From contig CAVPIW010000009.1 of the NCBI GenBank assembly GCA_963705105.1, positions 256,001-320,000 on the forward strand: a stretch of DNA of 64,000 nucleotides, written 5' to 3'. Under the pieces are notes generated by a model. It worked only from the letters and a program-made list of their open reading frames with translations, was not told where the DNA came from and did no database searches. Each line of letters starts with the position of its first letter. The first letter of the stretch is position 1. Of this stretch, positions 47,458 to 55,941 are shown piece after piece. Both the position numbers and the translations under genes were made by a program. This DNA is from an uncultured Nitrospiraceae bacterium (lineage in GTDB: Bacteria > Nitrospirota > Thermodesulfovibrionia > Thermodesulfovibrionales > Dissulfurispiraceae).

Positions 47458-50400
47458 CTACGGGAGCACCCTGAAGACTCCCCACATGCCGGTGAACCGG
47501 GCCGAGGGGTCCTGAGCGCCGTAGTAGTAGTCGCCGGGGATGCCGAAGGCGCCGCCGGCGCCGTGCTCGAGGATGAAGTCGAAGAAGTTGGCCCCACCGA
47601 AGCCGTCCTGGCTGCCCACCTTCTGCGAGAACGGGTTGTCGCCGATCCTCACGGAGGCGAGGAAGTCGGTCTTGCCGTCTCCGTCAAAGTCGAACTCCTG
47701 CCCTATGTAAGGTGTGCGCTGCCAGAGATGGCCGTGCACCTTCGGCGTGTGGGCCCGCCTCGATCCTCCGCCGGGCTCCACGAAGTGGAACCGCACGGGA
47801 TCGCCCGCCTCGGCCGTCATGATCGGCGTCTGAGCCTCGCCGCCTACCTGACTGTTGCTGTAGACCCTCGCAGTGTTGACGATGCCAGCCTGCGCCTCCA
47901 GCGGCAGGTGCGGCGGGAATGCCGCGAGCCTGAACCACTCGGGCTCGGTCCGGTAATTGATCGCGGAGTGGCCCGAATCCTCGTCGTCAGCCGCAGCTCC
48001 GCCGCCTTCGGCCTTGAAGTTCTGGACGGCCCGGATCCGCTGCGATGCGGGGACGCCGGCGTCCACATTGGCGTAATGCAGGTTCACACCCCTCTGCGTG
48101 ACGGCGACGAAATCACGGAACTCACCGTTACCGTTCTCGCACTCCGCCTGGGCGCGGGTGTTGGAGTCGTTTTCACACTGCGTTCCCTGAGGCAGGATCA
48201 CGAGAGCGCCCACGAGCCCCTTGTTCACCTGCTTGAGCTTGTCCGCAGGGAGCAGGCCGACTGCGCCGAACTCGATCGGCACAGGCACCAGGTCGACTAG
48301 CCTCTGGCCCAGGTTGTTCAGGCCGAGGGGCCTCACGCCGATGTGTCCGGCGTACCACTGATAGTTGACCACGCCGCCGGGCGCCGCAGTCTGGATCCTG
48401 TTGTTTCCGACGTTCGTGCCGTCGCCGGCATTCACGTCGTACGCCAGCAGTTGCGTGTGCAACCCGGCGTGGCTCGAAGGTATTACGTCATTGGCGTTGA
48501 AAGTGAAGAGCTCAAGGATACCCTGGGGATTCCTCTGGGCGAACCTGTTTATCACTCCGGGATACATGGTCCAGCCGTCGAGATCGAAGTTCTGGGCAGG
48601 CATCCTGTTCCTCAGCGTCACCTCGATGCAGTCTCCGGCGTTCGCCCTCAGCACAAGGGGCTCCACCGGCGCGCCGGACCTGAGCGTCCCGTCAGCCAGG
48701 AGGTCCGCCGTCGGCACATACATCAGCGCCGCCGGATCATGGAGCGGGCCCTGGCCGCCGAGCAGCCTTTCTCCGCCCTCACCCACGATGTCGGGGATCC
48801 GCGTCGGCCTGGAGTTGTAGACGAGCGACGTAATCGTCGTCCCGTCCGTCAGCCGCACCTGGTGGGCCGGGTTGTTCCTCAGGGCCGTCCGGGCCGGCAC
48901 CGCCGTGATGTCGAATGTCTTCCTCGGCGCGCCGACCGGGCAGATGCCCCTGAAGGCCCTTTGGTTGTTGATGACCACCGGGTCGGGCCCGACCTGGTTG
49001 TTCGGCAACTGCACAAGGTTGTTCTGCCGCACGTTGTAGGCCCTCATCAGGCCCCAGGTGCCGGTCCAGTTCCCCGCGTTCGTGGTGTCCGAGGCGTAGT
49101 AGTAGTCCACGGTTTCCAGCTGGCCCGGGAGCTGAATCATGACGGGCGTGTTGAACTGGAACTGCTCGGAGATGCCCATGGACTGGGCGTTCCTGAAGCC
49201 CGACGCCGGGTCGGCATAGTTCATCAGCCACTTCACGCCGTGGATCGAGAAGACGTGAGACTCCTCGTGGGCGCCCACCTGGGCTCTCACCCTCACCTGG
49301 TCACCCTCGTAAGTCCTCATCATCGGCGTCGCCGGGTCGAAGTTGCCCACGCCCTGGCTGAGCCGCGCCCTTTGCGCGTCGATGATCTCAGGCGAAAAGA
49401 ACTGGGCGTATCTGCCGGCACCGGTGAGGAGTTCGTTGCCCACGTTTTGGACGAATCCCCTCGGGTCGGCGAAGTTGAAGGCCAGGTCTCCCAGGCCTGC
49501 GTGATTCGGCAGAATACCGCCGAGGTTGGTGATACCGCTACCCGGAGGGTTGAGCGTCGTCGGGTCATGGATCACCGGGTTGAACTGCCTGACATAGGAC
49601 CGGATCGGAGCGTTCAGCTCGGGGTTCACCCGGGGAATGGAGGCAAAGGCATAGGCGAGGTCTCCCGCCTGTCCCAGAGCCTGGGCCCCGCGCCTGCCGT
49701 CGAAGGGGCTGATGCGGTTCCGGTCGAAGACCCTCAGGCCGACCGGCTCGTTCCGGTAGTTGACGACGAAGGTGCCTTCATCGGATGCCGTGATCGCCTC
49801 GGGGCAGGGCCTCGGGATGATCACGCCGGGAGGCGCCGGGCAGATACCCGGGATGGTGATGATCGGGTGCATCGGCACGGCGTCGACCCTGTGCGATACG
49901 TTGATCGCCTGCAGGAAGCTGTCACTGTCGACCCTGCCGTCCCAGTCGCGCTCGTAGGCATGCTGGAAGTCGCTGAACTCGAAGTAGAACTCGCGGAAGC
50001 TGTCCCTCGGGTCCGGCGGAAGGATAACCGCCTGCCACGACGTGGGGCCGCCGTCCTGACGGTTGCCGAGGGTCACGCCCGTTTCGTTGTGTCTCCACAC
50101 CGAACCGGCCGGCTCTGCGAGCACCGTTGCGTAAAGCCCGATCTGCTGAAATGTCGACGGACCGAAATGGTCGTGGGTAAAGGAGTTGTTAAAGCCCCGG
50201 TCGTTGCCCTGGAGGTCCAGGACGGGGTCCGCCATCCAGCGCTGGATCGTCGTCCTCGCGCCGAGGGTGCTCATCGGCACCCTGCCCTCGAGCTCGGGGT
50301 GCGCCTGCGGTGTCAGCTGAGCGTGCTGGTTGTTGAGGTCGAGCAGTCCTCCGCCCGCGTTGATCGCACGGATGCGCTCCAGCACCTCGCCGGGGCTGAA

Positions 50401-53343
50401 GGTGCCGTCCTCATAGTTCCAGCCGTTGGCCGCGCCGTCGGCGGAGGACACATCAAATTTCGGCATGTGCACGTGCTGGCCGATGATATCGGTGGGGAAC
50501 CTGATCTGGTAGTCGTCCAGCTCGTTCTGATGGTGCGCGAGATTCGTATGCCAGATCTCGGCGCAGTCCAGGGTGTTCATGCGGAAGACCATGGGCTCGG
50601 CAGGTCTCCTGCCTGCGTAGGTGTCGGCGATGTCGTCCCACAGGGTGATGATGCGCTGCTGCGGGTAGTGCCAGCCCACCTTGTTGAAGACGAGGTCGAT
50701 CATGATGTTGGCGACCTTATAGACCCTCGGGTTCTGGTCTCCGAAGGTGACCGGCACGGGGTTGCCCCTGCCGTCTTTGACCTGGAAGACAGGCTCTCCG
50801 TTCTGGTTGTTCCACAGCGGAGTGCTTCCGGCTCTAACCGCATTGCCGGCGTTGTCCACGCAGGGGTCGGCAAAAGGCGCGCCGCGCACGGGCGGGCGGC
50901 CGTTGGTGATGAACGGCGCCGTCGTTCCCTCGGGGGTGAGGGTGTTGCGCGACCGGACGGCATGGAAGTCCATGGCCGCAATCTCGTCGGCCGTGCCGCC
51001 CTCAGGGAACTGCTCGGCCTCGACACTCTCAAGCTCTGCGGTCAGGTCAAGACGGGTCACCACGAAGGCCCTCTCTCCGCCGGTAATGACGTGCCTCGGC
51101 AGTCCGCCGTCATGCAGGATGTCCAGCGGAGGCGTCGGCGGCCTGTGGCCCGCGTACCCGGCTACCCAGAAGGGGAAGCCGGGGTTGTTCTGGACGTTGC
51201 CCGCTATGGGTTGACCCGGTACAACCGTGAGGACCTTGCGGGGGTCGTCGGGGTCGACAGTCGCCAGTATGGGCATCGGTGCCATCGCGTACAGCGGCAT
51301 CGGCACAACAGCCGGTATGGGCGTGCCGGTGCAGAGACCGTCGAACCTCGCCCCCGTGCCGGTGACACAGGCGCCGTTGACGGCGTTCGGCTTCACTTCA
51401 CCGTCGGGATAAGCCCTCGATCCTATGAGCGGTTTTGAGAACCTGAGTGTCCAGGGATCACGGTTGATCTCGTCCTGAAACACGATGTTGAAGCGCTTCA
51501 GCCTTGCCATGTTCGTCTGGCAGAAGGCGGGGTCGGCCGGGTTGGCGATGGCCGGGTTGCAGGGGACAAGCCTGGCGCCCTGGACCACTGTTCCTTCTTC
51601 AAACACATCGTGGACGCGCCACAACGCCCACATGCCCATGGCGAAGTGGGGATAGAAGTGGCAGTGATAGATGGCGTCGCCCGGGGTCTTGTGCCGGTTG
51701 CCGCCTCCCCCGTTCACCGTGTCCATGGTGTAGCCGGAGCCCGGAGAGACCTGCTGCATGTCCTGGTAGTTGGCCTTGTCGCTCTGGGGATTGAAGACCC
51801 ACTGGTGGGCATGGAGGTGGAAGATGTGGTGCTCGAAAGGCCCCGCATGGACGTTGCGGAACTTCACGTGATCGTTCAGATACGAGTGATGCACGTTCGC
51901 CGGGTCGTCCGGGAAGAGACTCAGCTCGGCGATGGGACCGGCGCCGACGGGCACACCCGTCAGGAAGGGCGCAAACACGGCCGGCGTGTCAGTGACGCCT
52001 GCGGGGTCGCCGATCGCCCAGGAGGTGAGGAAGAACTCCTCGGCCTTGCACTCGGGGCAGTCCCACATGGGCCCCAGGCCCAGGCGGTTGGCGATGATCT
52101 CCGATCCGATGCCGCCTGAGGCGTAGTTGATGACGAAGGCATCACGGACGATCTTGAAGGTGTGCACCAGCACCGGGTCCTTGTAGAACTGGGCGAAGGG
52201 CTGCACCGCCACCTGCTCGTCGTTCCAGATCGAGGCGAACTCGCGGAACGGCAGGTGCTGCTGCGGGTTCACAGGTGTTGACCGGTAGTGGTTGCCCGGG
52301 GCGAAGGGGCCGCGGTTCGGACCTGTAATGATCGCGTGGAGGTCCGTATGCACGATCTCACCGGCATAGCCGGCCTTCGGCCTCATCATCTTAAGGACCG
52401 GCAGGCCCGCCTTGCCCTCCTGATTGAAGGGCGTGATCGCCGGGTAAACAGCGTCGTAGTTGACCTTCGGCTGTCCGCCATCGATCTCGGGCCATCTCTC
52501 CATCACGAACGGCGCAGCGCCGTTCGCATCGGAGGCGAGCAGCATCTCTTCATGCGTCACCTGGCTGCGGTACCACTCGGCCCCTCTGGGCTCGACGACA
52601 ACGGCGCCGAAAAGACCGAAGCCCATGGTGCCGCCGCCGCCCTCGGCGCCGACGGTGGAGCCGACACTGTAGAGGTGGTAGACGTTCTCATACTCCCCGT
52701 AAAGGGTGTAGATCCTTGTCTGGCCGATGGCGGTCAGGCTGCTCCTGTTCCTGCCCACGAAGGACCCGTCGTCGCTGATGTTGTTGACGAGCTGCATGCC
52801 GTTGACATGGATCGACGCCTCCCGGGTGATGGGCTGGTCGTCGAACTGGATGTTCTTCGGCGCAAAGGCCACCGCGGCCGGTGCAGGGTTCTGCGGAAGC
52901 ACCGGCAGGTCCGGCACGGCGTGGCGGAATCCGCCCTCGTTGAAATCAGTGTTCAGGTTAAAGATGAAATCCGGCTGTTTCAGCCAGTTTGTGAAGCTGA
53001 TCTCGAGGCAGTCCCCCACGTTCATCCTGAGGATGATGGGCCGCGGCCTCTTGTCGGGACGAAGCGCCACGTTGCCGGCGGAACAGTTCGCGCCCGGAAG
53101 CGTGCAGGGAACAAGGGTACTCTTGTTCACCACGTCACGCTTCAGGGCGTACATCATTCCGTTGGCGTTGACAGCGCCGAGCCTGTTCAGGAAATAGGGC
53201 TGATCCAGAGCGACAACGTCAGCGAAAACCTTCCGCTCACATTGTGCCGCCACTGTGCTGTCCGGCATTGTCAAGCCGATCAGGAGCCCTAAGACCAGCA
53301 GGATCACGGTCACTGCCGACCATCTTGTGATCTGGTCTTTCAT
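47458..53343 (-). CDS. mnxG: large MnxG-type multicopper oxidase, paralogue 1 (putative Mn(II) oxidase)
   Basis: Signal peptide; VVALDQ..NRLG, RPDKRPRP..LR.NVGDCL; HIFHLH, HCHFYPHFAMGM, QHVH, HDH, HVFSIHG, LVLRANAGDCI. Confidence 0.82.
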   Translation of the reverse strand: MKDQITRWSAVTVILLVLGLLIGLTMPDSTVAAQCERKVFADVVALDQPYFLNRLGAVNANGMMYALKRDVVNKSTLVPCTLPGANCSAGNVALRPDKRPRPIILRMNVGDCLEISFTNWLKQPDFIFNLNTDFNEGGFRHAVPDLPVLPQNPAPAAVAFAPKNIQFDDQPITREASIHVNGMQLVNNISDDGSFVGRNRSSLTAIGQTRIYTLYGEYENVYHLYSVGSTVGAEGGGGTMGFGLFGAVVVEPRGAEWYRSQVTHEEMLLASDANGAAPFVMERWPEIDGGQPKVNYDAVYPAITPFNQEGKAGLPVLKMMRPKAGYAGEIVHTDLHAIITGPNRGPFAPGNHYRSTPVNPQQHLPFREFASIWNDEQVAVQPFAQFYKDPVLVHTFKIVRDAFVINYASGGIGSEIIANRLGLGPMWDCPECKAEEFFLTSWAIGDPAGVTDTPAVFAPFLTGVPVGAGPIAELSLFPDDPANVHHSYLNDHVKFRNVHAGPFEHHIFHLHAHQWVFNPQSDKANYQDMQQVSPGSGYTMDTVNGGGGNRHKTPGDAIYHCHFYPHFAMGMWALWRVHDVFEEGTVVQGARLVPCNPAIANPADPAFCQTNMARLKRFNIVFQDEINRDPWTLRFSKPLIGSRAYPDGEVKPNAVNGACVTGTGARFDGLCTGTPIPAVVPMPLYAMAPMPILATVDPDDPRKVLTVVPGQPIAGNVQNNPGFPFWVAGYAGHRPPTPPLDILHDGGLPRHVITGGERAFVVTRLDLTAELESVEAEQFPEGGTADEIAAMDFHAVRSRNTLTPEGTTAPFITNGRPPVRGAPFADPCVDNAGNAVRAGSTPLWNNQNGEPVFQVKDGRGNPVPVTFGDQNPRVYKVANIMIDLVFNKVGWHYPQQRIITLWDDIADTYAGRRPAEPMVFRMNTLDCAEIWHTNLAHHQNELDDYQIRFPTDIIGQHVHMPKFDVSSADGAANGWNYEDGTFSPGEVLERIRAINAGGGLLDLNNQHAQLTPQAHPELEGRVPMSTLGARTTIQRWMADPVLDLQGNDRGFNNSFTHDHFGPSTFQQIGLYATVLAEPAGSVWRHNETGVTLGNRQDGGPTSWQAVILPPDPRDSFREFYFEFSDFQHAYERDWDGRVDSDSFLQAINVSHRVDAVPMHPIITIPGICPAPPGVIIPRPCPEAITASDEGTFVVNYRNEPVGLRVFDRNRISPFDGRRGAQALGQAGDLAYAFASIPRVNPELNAPIRSYVRQFNPVIHDPTTLNPPGSGITNLGGILPNHAGLGDLAFNFADPRGFVQNVGNELLTGAGRYAQFFSPEIIDAQRARLSQGVGNFDPATPMMRTYEGDQVRVRAQVGAHEESHVFSIHGVKWLMNYADPASGFRNAQSMGISEQFQFNTPVMIQLPGQLETVDYYYASDTTNAGNWTGTWGLMRAYNVRQNNLVQLPNNQVGPDPVVINNQRAFRGICPVGAPRKTFDITAVPARTALRNNPAHQVRLTDGTTITSLVYNSRPTRIPDIVGEGGERLLGGQGPLHDPAALMYVPTADLLADGTLRSGAPVEPLVLRANAGDCIEVTLRNRMPAQNFDLDGWTMYPGVINRFAQRNPQGILELFTFNANDVIPSSHAGLHTQLLAYDVNAGDGTNVGNNRIQTAAPGGVVNYQWYAGHIGVRPLGLNNLGQRLVDLVPVPIEFGAVGLLPADKLKQVNKGLVGALVILPQGTQCENDSNTRAQAECENGNGEFRDFVAVTQRGVNLHYANVDAGVPASQRIRAVQNFKAEGGGAAADDEDSGHSAINYRTEPEWFRLAAFPPHLPLEAQAGIVNTARVYSNSQVGGEAQTPIMTAEAGDPVRFHFVEPGGGSRRAHTPKVHGHLWQRTPYIGQEFDFDGDGKTDFLASVRIGDNPFSQKVGSQDGFGGANFFDFILEHGAGGAFGIPGDYYYGAQDPSARFTGMWGVFRVLP

Positions 53344-53403
53344 AATGTTCTCTCCTTTCTCTGAGTGATTTTTTGTATGGATATTCATTCGCCCTCAAAT
53401 AGG

Positions 53404-53419
53404 AGCAAAATGAATGCCA
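53404..53419 (-). promoter_or_regulatory. sigma-54 promoter of oxidase 1
   Basis: Minus strand TGGCATTCATTTTGCT. Confidence 0.78.
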
Positions 53420-53606
53420 TCGTTTAACGCCTGCGGCTGAAGGGAGAATCCCCCCGTCGAGCAGCGGTGGGCTTTCTTCAAAAAGTCTCGCTGATAGAAG
53501 GAGATCGGCTGAAAACGGCCCTTTCATTCGAGAAAGCCGACGGCCCCGCACAGGGACACGGAGACGACTTTTCCCGCCCCGGCGGGAGCATCCTTTCTTT
53601 CGTCGA

Positions 53607-53686
53607 CCTGTCTGTCAGGCGCAATTGTCCTGCGTGTCTGCCATTCCTGTCATATCCCTGTCATACCCCGGCGCGGCAGGGGGACA
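53607..53686. promoter_or_regulatory. conserved upstream block (putative enhancer)
   Basis: Aligns with 61975-62053; contains TGCCATTCCTGTCA. Confidence 0.6.
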
Positions 53687-53749
53687 TTATTCATATCGTT
53701 GAGAGGGGAAAAGTCTGAAGAGACGGAAAGGGCCTGCCTGTCGGGAACT

Positions 53750-53782
53750 GAAAAAAAAGAGGGGCAGGATTGCCCTGCCCCC
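53750..53782 (-). terminator. rho-independent terminator
   Basis: GGGGCAGG-attgc-CCTGCCCC plus a poly-U tail on the minus strand. Confidence 0.75.
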
Positions 53783-53810
53783 GATTGTGAGTCCTATGTT
53801 CGGGATGTCC

Positions 53811-55583
53811 TTAAGGGTTCGCGATTGTCCAGGTTATGCCGTTGGGAGAGGTCCAGATCTTGCCGCTCTGTGCATTGAGAATGGAGAGCTCGGATCCGGC
53901 CCTGCCCAGATACATCAGCTCGTCTGCCGTGCCGGCCAGGGTCACCCAACCGGAGTCGCCCGGGGCTGCGACAGGGGTGTTCGCGATCCAGATCTTCCTC
54001 GTGGCTGCATTGATACCGCCGAACTCGTCGCCCAGTCTGGCGGCGTTGAAGTCGCCGGTGGCCATCTTCCCCAGGGTGCCGGTCGTAGTGATCCAGTTGA
54101 GGGGGTTCGTATCCAGAACAGTATTGAACCAGATCTTCCCTGCGGCACTCAGCCCTGCCACATCATCAAGCCCGTCACCATTGTAATCTCCCGTCGTGAT
54201 CTGGGCGAGGGTGCCGGGAATGTTGATCCAGGTGAGGCCGAGATCCGAGGTGATCCATATTTTGCCCGTTGTGCTCAGGCCCACAATATCCGTGGGAAGC
54301 CCGTCGAAGTTCAACGCAGCGATCTTCGCGAGCCGGCCCGCCGGAGTCGCAGCAAGAGAGGTCATGCCTGCCGCGGTCAGAACCCTGTTGTCCGTCGCTA
54401 TGCCCGCTATCTCGTCGCCCGCCCTGAGGAGATTGAAATTGCCGGCAACGATGTCTGCCACGATAGTGCCGAGCGGCGCCGTCGGGAGTGCCGTGGCGGT
54501 CAGCATGTCGTTGTAGACGAAGACCGTGCCGGCGGTGGTGACGATGGCGATCTCGTCGCCAAGCCTCGCGTTGTTGAAGTCTCCGGAAATGACCTTCGCC
54601 ACGGTCGCGCCCGCAGGCGGGGTCAGCCTGATCCACGTCGAGAGGGTCGTGCTGAACCACGCCGAGTTGACGTCACCGACCTGGGCGTTGTTGCCGATGG
54701 CCGCGATGTCCTGCTGGCCGTCGCCGTCGAAGTCACCCTTCGCAATGGCCGTCGCGACGGCCAGGGTGTCGAAGAGCTTGCCCTGGACCAAGAACTGAGT
54801 CGTCGTCAGAGGGGCCAGGGGCGGGCAGGTGACCGTAAACACGTTGTTGCCCGTCGGGCTGCCCGTGACGGTCTGCGGCACGTTGGGGTTGCCTATGTAA
54901 CCCACAGGAGCAGGCGGAGCGACTGCCGTCAGAAAAATGCTGATGGCATTGCCCCAGGGGTCGGAAGGCGGGGTGGGGGCTATAGGTGTAGCCATAATGG
55001 AGTAGCCCAGAGGGGGCAGCCTTGTTTCGCACGGCAAGGCCGGTATGCCGTCAACGCAGCCGAAGTCGGTGGTGAAGTTGAGTTCACCGGGTCTCTGGTC
55101 GAGGGGTCCACCGGTAACAAGCGGGTCGCCGCCCGGGGCACTGAAGGGGTGAATAACCGTGCAGGTTACACCTATCGGGAGTCCGCTCCCCCTCACACGG
55201 ATGCGGTTGAAGGCCCACTGGAAGCCGTCAACGGCACTGCCGTCCACGGTCCCGAAAGCCGCCTCGACAGCCAGGACGAGTGATGCTTCAGGCGCAGGCG
55301 GCGGTCCTCCGACAGCCGTGTCTGCAGCCCACCAGAAGCCCTCACCGCCGCCAAAACCGATGATCTGCTCGAAGGGTGTGACCGGCGCAACGGCAAGGCA
55401 GTTGGGGTCTCCGCCGGGGCAGAGACCGAGCCGCAGTCCGTTCTGATCCTGGACCCAAATCGGGTAGCCGGTGGCCGCGTCGACGGGTCCGACCGCCCCC
55501 AACTCCGCGAATGCGGGTACACTGAAAGCCATAACGACCGCAAGAGTCATCAAAAGTGTTCCTATCCTGGTCTTGATACTCAT
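53811..55583 (-). CDS. GYPIWVQD domain + FG-GAP-like propeller, secreted
   Basis: AAGGAGG RBS; near-identical over long blocks to 40281-42026. Confidence 0.82.
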   Translation of the reverse strand: MSIKTRIGTLLMTLAVVMAFSVPAFAELGAVGPVDAATGYPIWVQDQNGLRLGLCPGGDPNCLAVAPVTPFEQIIGFGGGEGFWWAADTAVGGPPPAPEASLVLAVEAAFGTVDGSAVDGFQWAFNRIRVRGSGLPIGVTCTVIHPFSAPGGDPLVTGGPLDQRPGELNFTTDFGCVDGIPALPCETRLPPLGYSIMATPIAPTPPSDPWGNAISIFLTAVAPPAPVGYIGNPNVPQTVTGSPTGNNVFTVTCPPLAPLTTTQFLVQGKLFDTLAVATAIAKGDFDGDGQQDIAAIGNNAQVGDVNSAWFSTTLSTWIRLTPPAGATVAKVISGDFNNARLGDEIAIVTTAGTVFVYNDMLTATALPTAPLGTIVADIVAGNFNLLRAGDEIAGIATDNRVLTAAGMTSLAATPAGRLAKIAALNFDGLPTDIVGLSTTGKIWITSDLGLTWINIPGTLAQITTGDYNGDGLDDVAGLSAAGKIWFNTVLDTNPLNWITTTGTLGKMATGDFNAARLGDEFGGINAATRKIWIANTPVAAPGDSGWVTLAGTADELMYLGRAGSELSILNAQSGKIWTSPNGITWTIANP

Positions 55584-55941
55584 CTTGTTCCTCCTTTACT
55601 TTCTTATTACAGAACGAGCCGACCTGACATCGATCATCCTCACTGTTTCACTTTCACCCCCCGGAAGGGGCAGCCGGGGGAACTCATCCCCTTTTCACGA
55701 CTTTCGACCTGACATCCTCACCACCTTTCATGAGCACACGGTCTGAAGCACGGTCCGGTGTCTTCTCTCAGCACCTGATGGAGTGCCGCATCTTTGCCGG
55801 AAGTCCTGACAAGGCATGACAGAAAAGACAGACCGCCGATGACCTCATTCTTCAAACGGCTGTATCCTGCGATTTGCTGTGGCGACGGGCGGGGGTTTCA
55901 CCCTGTGGGGCGCACCATCCGCCCGTCACCGTCGCGCTCGC

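Noticed and set aside
48343..51438. 1031-aa plus-strand ORF (also 22888-24513, 35932-37635, 58471-60024 and similar)
   Set aside because: Antisense shadows of GC-rich genes with no recognisable motifs.
40281..55583. Diversity-generating retroelement template/variable repeat pair
   Set aside because: No reverse transcriptase; both copies are full genes and the differences inspected are not adenine-specific.
55584..55941. sigma-54 promoter for the 55583 gene
   Set aside because: The only GG-N10-GC found lacks the TTGC context; the gene may be read through from oxidase 2.
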